A stretch of 64,000 nucleotides of DNA from Candidatus Omnitrophota bacterium (GTDB taxonomy: Bacteria; Omnitrophota; Gorgyraeia; Gygaellales; Profunditerraquicolaceae): NCBI GenBank assembly GCA_028713155.1, contig JAQTPA010000003.1, positions 13,966 through 77,965 on the forward strand. The letters run 5' to 3'. This document shows, piece after piece, positions 31,531-40,824 of this stretch. How positions within the stretch are numbered: the first letter of the stretch is position 1; each line of letters begins with the position of its first letter. Made by a program: the position numbers and the translations under genes. The notes beneath the pieces were generated by a model. That model saw only the letters and a program-made list of their open reading frames with translations, searched no databases and was not told the DNA's origin.

Positions 31531-31551
31531 TAGAGGCGGTTAAGATTGGTT

Positions 31552-32592
31552 TTAAACAGAAAGGATTTTACGTGAGAAATTAACCAGGGCCTTGCGGTAA
31601 TCCTTGCGCATTTTTAGAGCTGTTATTATGCGTTCGGATTGAAGCAGCAGGTTTTTTATTTCACCCCGGGCATAATCCAAACTGCCCGTAGCGGATAAGA
31701 GCCGGCGGATCTTAAGCAGTTCTTTTTTCCCTGTTTTTTTCCCGGAGAATACTTTTTTTATCGCTGCTTTGCCTTTCCTATCGCAGTGATTATAGGCGTG
31801 CCAGACGAGCAGCGTTCTTTTGGCCTCTTTTATATCGGTAAGGTTGGATTTTCCAATTTCTTTGCTTTCGCCAAAGGTCCCGATAATATCGTCTTTAATC
31901 TGGAACGCGCAGCCAAGATGCATTCCGTAGTCAAAAAGTTTTTTTATCTGGCTGTCTTTTACTCCGGCCAGGACCGCCCCCATGGCCAGGGGGGAGGCAA
32001 AGGTATAGTTAGCGGTTTTATAAGCGTATATTTTATAAATATCATTTTTACTTATTTTCTCTATCGGTTTTATGCCCAGGAGCAGTTCAATAAATTCACC
32101 GCTTCCGGTATAGAGCGCTGCCGAGATAAGTTTTTTTAAAGCCAGATCTTTACGTTCAGGCCTTTCTCTTACTGCCAGGAACGCGTCCAGCGCCATAGCA
32201 TACATCACATCACCGATAGCAATGGCTAGGTCATCTCCCTTAAATTTAAGGTTTTTAGCGTGTTTTAAATATTTATTCAGTAATACGTGCATCGAAGGCT
32301 TACCCCGGCGCATAGCGGACTTATCGATTATATCGTCGTGGACAAGCATAAAATCATGCAGGAGCTCTAAGGATAACGCGCTGCGGTATAATCCGGGAGG
32401 CGCTTTTTTGGCGAATCCCAGATATCCGATGCAAAAAAAGATCGGCCTTATTCTTTTACCGCCGCGGGATAAGAATTCCTTTATATTACTAAAGAGTGCG
32501 GGAGAGAGCTTGCTTAAAGAATAGTTGCGGTTTAGGTCGCGGATAAATAAGCTTAATTCCCGTTCAATCCGATTTTTCATTTTCAAAAACAT
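31552..32592 (-). CDS. Polyprenyl diphosphate synthase (trans-isoprenyl diphosphate synthase family)
   Basis: First aspartate-rich motif LVHDDIIDKS and second motif KDDIIGTFG, with a K..R.P.F upstream region. Confidence 0.8.
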   Translation of the reverse strand: MFLKMKNRIERELSLFIRDLNRNYSLSKLSPALFSNIKEFLSRGGKRIRPIFFCIGYLGFAKKAPPGLYRSALSLELLHDFMLVHDDIIDKSAMRRGKPSMHVLLNKYLKHAKNLKFKGDDLAIAIGDVMYAMALDAFLAVRERPERKDLALKKLISAALYTGSGEFIELLLGIKPIEKISKNDIYKIYAYKTANYTFASPLAMGAVLAGVKDSQIKKLFDYGMHLGCAFQIKDDIIGTFGESKEIGKSNLTDIKEAKRTLLVWHAYNHCDRKGKAAIKKVFSGKKTGKKELLKIRRLLSATGSLDYARGEIKNLLLQSERIITALKMRKDYRKALVNFSRKILSV

Positions 32593-32672
32593 AAAGTTAT
32601 GTTAACATATACCTAAAACTAAAGCAAATCAATTTTCCCGGTTATTTGGACAGAAGAGATCGGTATAGAATA

Positions 32673-33560
32673 ATGCTCCAGAATATCATACGCGCATTAA
32701 GGTTGCCGTTTATCGGCGTGAGCATCCTGCCGTTTATCCTCGGCTCATTGATTGCCCGAAAAAATTTTAATCCCTCCGGTTTTTTAGCCGGCTTATGCGC
32801 CGTTATCTTCACGCACTTAAGCGCTAACTTGATCAACGACTATTTTGATTCTGAGAGCGGGGCGGATTGGCAGGATAAAAGGTTCTATGGCTTCTTCGGC
32901 GGCTCAAAGCTTATCCAGGCGGGGCGGCTAGCCGCTAAATTCTATCTTGGGGCGGCATTATTATGCGCAGGTATGGCCGGCTTTTGCGTTGTTATTCTGG
33001 CAGCGATCCTTAAGAGTTATTGCGTTATTTTGATATACCTGTTGATTATTATTTTCAGCTGGCAGTACACCGCCAGGCCTTTAAGTTTTTCATATAATTA
33101 CCTGGGAGAGCTTTCCCTTTTTTTACTGTTTGGTCCGGTGACAGTCATGGGAGGATATTTTATCCAGACCGGGATATTCCCCGATTTAAAAAGTTTTATC
33201 CTGTCGCTACCCGCGGGATTTTTTACCGCCGCCATTCTTTTTACCAATGAAATACCGGATTTTCCCGGCGATAGCAAAACGGGGAAAAATAACCTGGTAA
33301 GTTTATGCGGCCCGCAGAAGGCGTTTGGCATTTACTATCTAATCGTCTTTTCAGGTTTCTGTTCAATCGGCTTAGGGGCGTACCTGGGATACTTAGGCTT
33401 TATCGCTATCTTTTCTTTCGCGTTGATTTTTTCAGCTTTTAAGGCAGGTATGATCCTAAAAGGACATTATGCCGACAAAGCCAGGTTAATCCCTGCGTCT
33501 AAGCTGGCCATAAACATGCAGATGTTGATCAGTATCATTTTAATCCTGGGGCTCCTATGA
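32673..33560 (+). CDS. UbiA-family prenyltransferase, MenA-like (1,4-dihydroxy-2-naphthoate polyprenyltransferase candidate)
   Basis: NDYFDSESGAD aspartate-rich motif, polytopic membrane protein. Divergent from the polyprenyl synthase. Start set at the ATG at 32673; the ORF track begins at a TTG at 32646. Confidence 0.68.
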   Translation: MLQNIIRALRLPFIGVSILPFILGSLIARKNFNPSGFLAGLCAVIFTHLSANLINDYFDSESGADWQDKRFYGFFGGSKLIQAGRLAAKFYLGAALLCAGMAGFCVVILAAILKSYCVILIYLLIIIFSWQYTARPLSFSYNYLGELSLFLLFGPVTVMGGYFIQTGIFPDLKSFILSLPAGFFTAAILFTNEIPDFPGDSKTGKNNLVSLCGPQKAFGIYYLIVFSGFCSIGLGAYLGYLGFIAIFSFALIFSAFKAGMILKGHYADKARLIPASKLAINMQMLISIILILGLL

Positions 33561-34654
33561 AAAAGATTGTCATTATCGGCGCGGGATTCGCCGGGTTGGC
33601 TGCCCTCTCCAGATTTTATAATTATAATAAGAGGCAAGGCCTGGAGGTTACACTTATAAACGATAAACAGCAATTCAGTTTCCTTCCCCTGATTCCGGAT
33701 TGCCTGGGCAGGGGTATCGCGACGGAGCACCTGGTTTTTGACCTGGCAGCCTTAAGCTATAAAAAGAATTTTAATTTTATTAAAGATAAAGTAACCGCGC
33801 TCGAGCTGGTCAAAAAAGAGGTTTCAACTTCGGTTTTAACCTTGAACTACGATTTTTTGATTATCGCCAGCGGCTCAGAGACTAATTTTTACGGTAACGC
33901 TGAAATAGAAAAAAGCGCCTTTAAGCTTGACGATGCGCAGGATGCCGCTTACCTGCGCCAGGCCCTGGATGAAAAAGATTATGACGCTTACCTGGTAGCC
34001 GGAGGGGGCTATACGGGGGTAGAAGTGGCTACGAATTTAAGAGTTTATTTAAACAAAAGGAAAATCCATAAAAAGATAATTATCGTAGAGCGTTCTTCTT
34101 CCATCCTGGGGGCTTTGCCGGAGTGGATGAAGGGTTATGTTTTAGCTGACTTTAAAAAAATAGGGATAGAGGTATTCACCGATACCAGTATTGAAAAAGT
34201 TACAGGTTTTTCCCATCCTATGCTGATTTGGGCCGCGGGAGTCAGAACCTCCGATTTTATCCAGGATTTAAAAGTCGAAAAAAATAGCCAGGGTAGGATT
34301 AAGACGGACGAGTGCCTGCGGGTTAACGATTCCTGCTTTGCGGCAGGCGACGCCGCGCATTTTTCCTATAAAAATAATTTCTTAAGAATGGCGGTGCAAT
34401 TTGCTATAATGCAGGGTAACTGCGCTGCGGAGAATATTATCCGGGCCCTTAACGGCAAAAGCCTGATGAGGTATAAGCCCGTAGACCTAGGGTTGATTAT
34501 TCCCCTGGCGAATAATAAAGCCTGCGGTATAATCTTAGGGACCCGTATACAAGGCTATTTACCCGTATTATTCCATTATATTATGTGTATCTACCGTACT
34601 TACGGTTTTAAAAATAAGTTGGGTATTATAAAAGACCTGATCGCAGGGAGGTGA
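33557..34654 (+). CDS. Type II NADH:quinone oxidoreductase (NDH-2)-like FAD-dependent pyridine nucleotide-disulfide oxidoreductase
   Basis: Two Rossmann GxGxxG motifs (IVIIGAGFAGL and VAGGGYTGVE) and FLPLIP near the N-terminus. Confidence 0.68.
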   Translation: MKKIVIIGAGFAGLAALSRFYNYNKRQGLEVTLINDKQQFSFLPLIPDCLGRGIATEHLVFDLAALSYKKNFNFIKDKVTALELVKKEVSTSVLTLNYDFLIIASGSETNFYGNAEIEKSAFKLDDAQDAAYLRQALDEKDYDAYLVAGGGYTGVEVATNLRVYLNKRKIHKKIIIVERSSSILGALPEWMKGYVLADFKKIGIEVFTDTSIEKVTGFSHPMLIWAAGVRTSDFIQDLKVEKNSQGRIKTDECLRVNDSCFAAGDAAHFSYKNNFLRMAVQFAIMQGNCAAENIIRALNGKSLMRYKPVDLGLIIPLANNKACGIILGTRIQGYLPVLFHYIMCIYRTYGFKNKLGIIKDLIAGR

Positions 34655-34657
34655 GCC

Positions 34658-35053
34658 ATGGTTGATTTGGGGATTTTAGTGTTAAGGGTCAGTTTGGGGG
34701 TTATTTTCGCAGCCCACGGTTTACAAAAGGCCTTCGGGTTATTCGGCGGCCCCGGGATCAAGGGTTTTTCCGAGATGCTTTCCGGTTTGGGTTTTAGCTA
34801 CCCGCTGGCCTGGGCCTACCTGGCTGCCTATACTGAAGTTATGGGAGGGATATTCCTGATCCTGGGTTTATTTACGCGGGGAAGTGCAGTTTTATTATTG
34901 ATCCTGATGGTTGTGGCCATAATGAAGGTCCATATAGGTAAAGGTTTCTTTTTGGCGCAGGGAGGATCTGAGTACGCTTTTATTATTGCCGCTGTTTGCT
35001 TTACCCTGATATTTTTAGGCCCGGGAAAGTTCAGTTTTATCAACAAATTTTAA
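34658..35053 (+). CDS. DoxX-family membrane protein
   Basis: LRVSLGVIFAAHGLQK N-terminus, four TM segments, 131 aa. Confidence 0.68.
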   Translation: MVDLGILVLRVSLGVIFAAHGLQKAFGLFGGPGIKGFSEMLSGLGFSYPLAWAYLAAYTEVMGGIFLILGLFTRGSAVLLLILMVVAIMKVHIGKGFFLAQGGSEYAFIIAAVCFTLIFLGPGKFSFINKF

Positions 35054-35070
35054 CCAGCAGGAAAGGAGCA

Positions 35071-35916
35071 ATGGCTAGCGCTTTCAATAAGCATAATTTT
35101 ATCGGGCGTTCGATAAGGGGCACTCTCTCATTTTTCAGGGAATCGGTTCTATCGGAAGAACACGCCTCGCACCGCGCTTTTTTACAATCACTGGACCCCC
35201 GGGTCAAGGCAGCCACTTTTTTATGGCTTTGCCTGATGGTGCTTATTGCGCGCAATATTTATTCCCTGATATTTTTATACGTATTTTGCCTGGTGCTTGT
35301 TTGGATTTCTAAAATTAACCTGGGGTTTTTCCTGAAAAGGACATGGATATTTATCCCGCTCTTTTCGCTCTTTATTGCCATACCGGCGTTATTTAGCTTT
35401 ATCAGCCCGGGAGAAGCGCTTTTAAGTTTTAATTTTTTAGGGCTAAGGCTCGTTATTACGCGGCCGGGGTTCTCCGGAGCGCTCTTATTCGTAACCAGGG
35501 TTATAACTTCGGTATCGTTGATTATCCTGCTGGGATTGACTACCAGGCATTTCGCTCTGCTTAAGGTCCTGCGTATTTTTAAGGTGCCGCAGGTTTTCGT
35601 GATGGTCCTGGGAATGTCTTACCGGTATATTTACCTTTTTGTGGAGATCGTGCAAGAGACTTATCAGGGTATCCGGAGCCGCGTAGGAGAGATAGTCCCT
35701 TACCGTAAGGGCCAGTCGCTAGTGGCCTGGAATATCGCTACGCTCTGGCAGCGTTCTTTTAAGCTCAATGATGATGTTTATAACGCTATGCTTTCCCGCG
35801 GCTATACGGGTGAGCCGGTTTTAGCAGATGAATTTAAAGCTTCTTTTAAGGATTGGGCTTGGGTTTGCCTGGTAGCGATCATATCGGGCCTGGCCCTCTA
35901 TTTAAATCATGGATGA
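35071..35916 (+). CDS. ECF transporter transmembrane (T) component, CbiQ/EcfT family
   Basis: LDPRVK motif and polytopic topology. Start set at the ATG at 35071, which follows an AGGAG RBS; the ORF track starts at 34996 and overlaps doxX. Confidence 0.7.
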   Translation: MASAFNKHNFIGRSIRGTLSFFRESVLSEEHASHRAFLQSLDPRVKAATFLWLCLMVLIARNIYSLIFLYVFCLVLVWISKINLGFFLKRTWIFIPLFSLFIAIPALFSFISPGEALLSFNFLGLRLVITRPGFSGALLFVTRVITSVSLIILLGLTTRHFALLKVLRIFKVPQVFVMVLGMSYRYIYLFVEIVQETYQGIRSRVGEIVPYRKGQSLVAWNIATLWQRSFKLNDDVYNAMLSRGYTGEPVLADEFKASFKDWAWVCLVAIISGLALYLNHG

Positions 35917-36718
35917 TTTAATCTTTAGCCTGCGCGCTGTCCGTTTTTCCTATCTTAAGAAATATCCCGCTTTAGGCGGCCTGGATATGGATATTGCCCG
36001 GGGCCAAAAGATAGCTATTCTGGGAGCTAATGGTTCAGGTAAGTCCACGCTTTTACAGCTATTGGACGGCCTTATTTTTCCCGACACCGGGAGTGTTGAG
36101 GCATTTGGCCGGCGCCTGGATGAAGCTGCTTTGAATAACGCGGATTTCTCCAGGCGTTTTAGAAGCAAGGTGGGCCTGGTTTTTCAAAATCCCGATATCC
36201 AGCTTTTTTGCCCGACAGTAAAAGAAGATATTTTATTCGGCCCCTTGCAGCTCGGGCTGGATAAGGCGAAAATGAACAAGCGGGTGGACGAAGTTATCAC
36301 CAGCCTGGGAATCGGGGATTTACTGGAACGTTCGCCGCATCAGTTAAGTGTAGGTGAAAAACGCAAAGTTTCCATAGCGACAGTTTTGGCCATTGACCCC
36401 GATGTCCTCCTGCTGGATGAGCCGACAGCCGGGCTTGACCCGCAGACATCCAGGCATATTATGGATATTATCATCGAAGCTAATGTCAAAGGTAAAACAG
36501 TTATTACCGCTACTCATGATTTGCACATTGTGGAGGAGATAGCTAGCCTGGCTTATATTTTAAGCCGCGAGAGAAAAATAGCCAAATCCGGGCCGGTAGA
36601 AGAGTTATTAAAGGATGTGGAATTGCTGCAGGCGAATAACCTTAGGCATATCCACAAACACAGGCATAAGGATATGGAGCATATTCATCCCCATCAGCAT
36701 ACAGAGCATCATCTTTAA
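35909..36718 (+). CDS. ECF transporter ATPase (CbiO/EcfA-like) with histidine-rich C-terminal tail
   Basis: Walker A GANGSGKST, ABC signature LSVGEKRK, Walker B LLLDEPT. The last 23 residues are HIHKHRHKDMEHIHPHQHTEHHL, with 10 His. Confidence 0.8.
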   Translation: MDDLIFSLRAVRFSYLKKYPALGGLDMDIARGQKIAILGANGSGKSTLLQLLDGLIFPDTGSVEAFGRRLDEAALNNADFSRRFRSKVGLVFQNPDIQLFCPTVKEDILFGPLQLGLDKAKMNKRVDEVITSLGIGDLLERSPHQLSVGEKRKVSIATVLAIDPDVLLLDEPTAGLDPQTSRHIMDIIIEANVKGKTVITATHDLHIVEEIASLAYILSRERKIAKSGPVEELLKDVELLQANNLRHIHKHRHKDMEHIHPHQHTEHHL

Positions 36719-36725
36719 TTATTGG

Positions 36726-36744
36726 ATAGGGACCGTTTCCCTAT
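36726..36744 (+). repeat. Palindrome ATAGGGA-ccgtt-TCCCTAT, 6 nt upstream of the trx-ccdA start
   Basis: Read directly. It is the exact reverse complement of the palindrome at 55412-55430. Confidence 0.8.
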
Positions 36745-36750
36745 ATTAAT

Positions 36751-37929
36751 ATGAAGAATAAAAACATATTGTTTTTAGCCGCTGTTTCTTTTCTGTTGCT
36801 AGGCATAACCTTAAGCCCGGCGTATGGCGATGATGCGCCGGCTTTACTGGTTTTCCACTCCCCGAACTGCCAGCGCTGCCTTAAAGTAAAAAAAGAAATT
36901 ATTCCCCGGATAGAAGCCGAGTTTAAAGGCCGGATCCGGATAGAGTATCGCGATATCGCGGATATCAAGGATTACATATCCATGCTGGGGCTCAAGGAGA
37001 AATACGATAAGGATATCGTGCTGGAACTGCCGTTATTTTTTATGAACGGAAAATTATTGAACGGCACAGGAGATGTAAAAGCGAACCTCGAAGGCCTGAT
37101 TAACGCGTCTTTAGAAGAAGGGTCTGAGAAAAAAGGGGAAATCCTGGGAGCGGATTTGGTGAGCCACTTTAAAGATATCCGGCCCCTTGCCGTCGCCGGA
37201 GCGGGCCTGACTGACGGGATTAATCCTTGCGCCTTTACGGTTATCGTTTTTTTTATGTCATACCTGGCCTTTCAGGGCTACCGGAAATTAGAGCTTGTTA
37301 TCGTAGGGCTTTCTTTTATATTTACCGTGTTTCTCACTTATTTCCTGATTGGCCTGGGAATTTTTAATTTTCTTTACCGGCTGGAGAGTTTTTGGGTACT
37401 TACTAAAATATTCAATGTTTCCATCGGTATATTCAGCTTGATTTTAGGAATTTTAGCTATTTATGATCTAGTGAGATTCAGCAGGACTCAGGACGCCGAA
37501 GGCCAGCTTTTGCAATTGCCTAAAACAGTAAAAAATCAGATACATTCCGTAATCGGCAGGCATTATCGTAAGGTTAAAGAAAAGGATGGCCAAAAGAGAA
37601 GCCCCTTAGGTCTGGCCAGATTGGTCTTAGGCACTTTAATCACCGGGTTCCTGGTTTCTATTCTGGAGGCAGTTTGCACAGGGCAGCTTTACTTACCGAC
37701 GCTGGCCTTTATCTTAAAGACCACGCCGCTCAAGGCCAAGGCTTTGGTCTACCTGGTGCTTTATAATGTTATGTTTGTCATACCGCTATTTATAATATTC
37801 CTTTTGGCTTTACTGGGGGTTACTTCCAGCGCCTTTAGCCAATTCGTCAGGAAACATCTGGCCAGCGTTAAGCTGCTTATGGCGATTATATTTATCAGCC
37901 TGGGTATATTTTTAGTCTGGAGGGGTTGA
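36751..37929 (+). CDS. Thiol:disulfide interchange protein: N-terminal periplasmic thioredoxin-like domain fused to a CcdA/DsbD-type transmembrane domain
   Basis: Signal peptide, a thioredoxin-like segment with CQRC, then a polytopic TM domain with conserved GINPC and EAVCTG cysteines, as in CcdA/DsbD electron-transfer cores. Confidence 0.7.
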   Translation: MKNKNILFLAAVSFLLLGITLSPAYGDDAPALLVFHSPNCQRCLKVKKEIIPRIEAEFKGRIRIEYRDIADIKDYISMLGLKEKYDKDIVLELPLFFMNGKLLNGTGDVKANLEGLINASLEEGSEKKGEILGADLVSHFKDIRPLAVAGAGLTDGINPCAFTVIVFFMSYLAFQGYRKLELVIVGLSFIFTVFLTYFLIGLGIFNFLYRLESFWVLTKIFNVSIGIFSLILGILAIYDLVRFSRTQDAEGQLLQLPKTVKNQIHSVIGRHYRKVKEKDGQKRSPLGLARLVLGTLITGFLVSILEAVCTGQLYLPTLAFILKTTPLKAKALVYLVLYNVMFVIPLFIIFLLALLGVTSSAFSQFVRKHLASVKLLMAIIFISLGIFLVWRG

Positions 37930-38295
37930 GTGAAGAGAATCCTGGGGTTGCTTATATTTGTATTCTTTTTACACGCGGGTTATTGCGCTGACCAGCCTGA
38001 TCCTTATGCCTGGGATTTTGGAAAAGTTAAATCCGGAGCAGTGGTTGCGCACAGCTTTACCTTAAAGAATGGTTCTCCTAAGGCGCTAAAGATTACCGGC
38101 GTAAATACTTCCTGCGGCTGCACTGTTTCAGAGGTTAAGAAGAAAATTCTATTGCCCGGGGAATCCACACCCGTTGAAATTAAGTTCAACTCTAAAGGCT
38201 ATTCAGGCGCTGTGCAGCAGTTTACCTATGTTAATACGGATGATGTTGACAAGCCGGTGATCAGGTTTATAATTAAAGCGGACGTGGTTAAGTAA
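37930..38295 (+). CDS. DUF1573-family secreted protein
   Basis: Signal peptide and a TSCGCT motif in an Ig-like beta domain. GTG start overlaps the upstream stop. Confidence 0.62.
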   Translation: MKRILGLLIFVFFLHAGYCADQPDPYAWDFGKVKSGAVVAHSFTLKNGSPKALKITGVNTSCGCTVSEVKKKILLPGESTPVEIKFNSKGYSGAVQQFTYVNTDDVDKPVIRFIIKADVVK

Positions 38296-38315
38296 AAAAG
38301 GAGGGTGATTTTTAG

Positions 38316-39278
38316 ATGTGGTCTTTACAGGTAAGAATGTGGTTATTATTAACGGTTCTTTTCGGTATAGTCTATGCAATTATCGTAGTCATCGGCAGGG
38401 TATTCCTGCACGCGGGAGGTTTCAGTTTCTACCTGATTATTTCCCTGGCCCTGATGTTCATCCAGTATATGCTGGGGCCAAAGATCGTGGAATGGTCTAT
38501 GCGGGTTAAATATATTAAAAGGCAGGATAACCCCGGGTTATTCCAGATGGTCGAAAGTTTAGCCAACCGGGCAAATATCCCCGTGCCTAAAATAGGCATT
38601 GCCCAGATTGAGATCCCTAATGCTTTTGCTTTCGGCAGGAGCATAAGCGACGGGAGGGTCTGCGTTACCAAGGGGATCCTGAATTTGCTTAGCGACGAAG
38701 AATTAAAGGCGGTTTTAGGCCATGAGCTAAGCCATTTGAAGAACAGGGATGTTTTAACCATTACCCTGCTCTCCGTAATCCCGATGATTATGTATAGGAT
38801 TGCCTGGCAATTCCTTTTCTTCGGCCGCCGGCGGGATGACCGGGGAGGCAATACCGTTCTGATCGGCTTGGCAGCATTCCTGTTTTATTTTATTACCAAT
38901 CTTTTGGTGCTTTATGCTTCGCGCATCCGCGAATATTTCGCGGACAGGGGCTCGATAGCTTTAGGTAATCAGCCCTCGGCGTTGGCTTCCAGCCTCTACA
39001 AACTTGTCTATGGTTCAGCGCGGATGAAGCCAGAGGCGCTTAAAGAGTCAGAAGGCCTGAAGGCTTTTTTTATAAATGATCCATCCCAGGCCAGGAATGA
39101 GATTAAAGAATTAGCCCAGCTGGATTTAGATAAAAGCGGCACAATCGACCCTTCAGAATTACTGCTTTTGCAAAACAAGAACGTACGTTTAGGATTTGGA
39201 GACAGGATTATGGAGCTCTTAAGCACCCATCCTAATATGCTTAAGCGTATCAAGAAGCTTTCGGAATATAAGGGTTAG
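38316..39278 (+). CDS. htpX: M48-family zinc metalloprotease HtpX-like
   Basis: HELSHLKNRD (HExxH) and a downstream EYFADR third ligand region, on a four-TM topology. Confidence 0.8.
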   Translation: MWSLQVRMWLLLTVLFGIVYAIIVVIGRVFLHAGGFSFYLIISLALMFIQYMLGPKIVEWSMRVKYIKRQDNPGLFQMVESLANRANIPVPKIGIAQIEIPNAFAFGRSISDGRVCVTKGILNLLSDEELKAVLGHELSHLKNRDVLTITLLSVIPMIMYRIAWQFLFFGRRRDDRGGNTVLIGLAAFLFYFITNLLVLYASRIREYFADRGSIALGNQPSALASSLYKLVYGSARMKPEALKESEGLKAFFINDPSQARNEIKELAQLDLDKSGTIDPSELLLLQNKNVRLGFGDRIMELLSTHPNMLKRIKKLSEYKG

Positions 39279-39306
39279 ATTAACAGGATTTAGCCAGGAG
39301 AACAAG

Positions 39307-39335
39307 CCCGTCAAAGCCATCGGCGGGTTTTTTCT
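39307..39335 (+). terminator. Candidate intrinsic terminator after htpX
   Basis: CCCGTC-aaagccatc-GGCGGG hairpin with one G-U pair, followed by TTTTTTCTTT. Confidence 0.5.
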
Positions 39336-39339
39336 TTAA

Positions 39340-39368
39340 TTGACATAACCCCAATTCCACTATATAAT
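39340..39368 (+). promoter_or_regulatory. Consensus sigma70 promoter for lysS (TTGACA-17-TATAAT)
   Basis: TTGACA at 39340-39345 and TATAAT at 39363-39368, 10 nt before the lysS ATG. The leader is very short and there is no room for a T-box. Confidence 0.55.
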
Positions 39369-39377
39369 TATAAAATT

Positions 39378-40823
39378 ATGGAGTTGAACGAACTTATCCA
39401 GCAAAGGAAGGCTAAGGCCGAGGCGCTTAAAGCCAAAGGGGTGGTTTTATATCCCAGTCAGAGCTCTCAATATGTGAGCATAGGGCGGACTGTCTCTGAT
39501 TTTAAGGAAGGCCAAAGAATAGCTTTCTGCGGACGGATTACTGCCAAGCGAGCGCATGGGAAAGCTGCGTTTTTAGACCTGAGGGACTCAACCGGAAAGA
39601 TCCAGCTTTACATTAAAAAGGATATTGTAGGGGAAGATAATTTCTTTATTTACGAGAATACTGATATTGCTGATTTTGTCGAGGTCGCGGGGGAGCTTTT
39701 TAAGACGCATACCGGCGAACCTACGCTTAAGGTAGAGGTAATAAAGATCCTTTCCAAAGCTTTAAGGCCGCTCCCTGAAAAATGGCATGGCCTGCGCGAT
39801 GTGGATATCCGTTACCGGCAGCGCTATCTGGATTTAATTTCAAATGAAGACGTGGCCAAAGTATTTAAGGCCCGTTCAAAAATCATTAAGGCCATCCGGG
39901 ATTTTCTCGACGCTAAAGGTTTTCTGGAGGTGGAAACTCCGATGATGCATTATATTCCGGGTGGAGCAGCGGGCCGGCCTTTTAAGACGCATCATAATGA
40001 ATATAGCATGGATTTATTTTTGAGGATTGCCCCGGAGTTATATCTGAAGCAGCTTCTGGTCGGAGGCCTGGACCGTGTTTATGAGATTAACCGTTCTTTC
40101 CGTAATGAAGGCGTCTCCACCCGCCATAACCCTGAATTTACGATGCTGGAGGTTTATGAGGCGTATTCCGACTATGCCGGGATGATGCATTTAGCCGAAA
40201 GCCTGATAGTTAGCCTGGTGCAGGATATTTTCGGCAAGACGATTATCAGTTATCAGGGGAAAGAACTGGATTTTACTCCGCCGTGGAAGCGCCTTTCCTT
40301 CCAGGAATTGGTAAAAAATGAATTTAGCATTATTCCTGAGGATAACGAAGCCGTAATGCTTAAAAAGTTAAAATCCAAAGGTTTTGCCAAAGAAGTAAAT
40401 AAACTTTCACGCACGCAGATTGCCAAGATTATCGAGGAGGTCCTGGAGGGGCAGATGAGCTTAAATCCTACTTTTGTCACGGATTATTTCAGCAGCATGT
40501 GCCCGTTAGCCAAGAACAAGAAGGGCGAACCGCTGGTCTCGGAGAGGTTTGAATTGTATATAGCCGGAATGGAAGTCGGTAATGCTTACTCAGAGTTAAA
40601 CGACCCCCTTGAGCAACGGCAGCGTTTTGAGGATGAAATTAAAGAACTGGCAACTGCCGAACAGAAGAATATTGACGATGATTATTGCCTGGCGCTTGAA
40701 CACGGGATGCCTCCCGCAGGCGGGTTAGGTATCGGTATAGACAGGTTAGTGATGCTGCTTACTGACCAGGCCTCCATTAGAGACGTAGTTTTATTTCCGC
40801 TTTTACGCCCGGGGCAGGAATAA
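39378..40823 (+). CDS. lysS: Lysine--tRNA ligase (class II)
   Basis: N-terminal OB anticodon-binding domain and class II motifs 1-3 (FRNEG, ELNDP, GGLGIGIDR). Confidence 0.92.
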   Translation: MELNELIQQRKAKAEALKAKGVVLYPSQSSQYVSIGRTVSDFKEGQRIAFCGRITAKRAHGKAAFLDLRDSTGKIQLYIKKDIVGEDNFFIYENTDIADFVEVAGELFKTHTGEPTLKVEVIKILSKALRPLPEKWHGLRDVDIRYRQRYLDLISNEDVAKVFKARSKIIKAIRDFLDAKGFLEVETPMMHYIPGGAAGRPFKTHHNEYSMDLFLRIAPELYLKQLLVGGLDRVYEINRSFRNEGVSTRHNPEFTMLEVYEAYSDYAGMMHLAESLIVSLVQDIFGKTIISYQGKELDFTPPWKRLSFQELVKNEFSIIPEDNEAVMLKKLKSKGFAKEVNKLSRTQIAKIIEEVLEGQMSLNPTFVTDYFSSMCPLAKNKKGEPLVSERFELYIAGMEVGNAYSELNDPLEQRQRFEDEIKELATAEQKNIDDDYCLALEHGMPPAGGLGIGIDRLVMLLTDQASIRDVVLFPLLRPGQE

Positions 40824-40824
40824 C

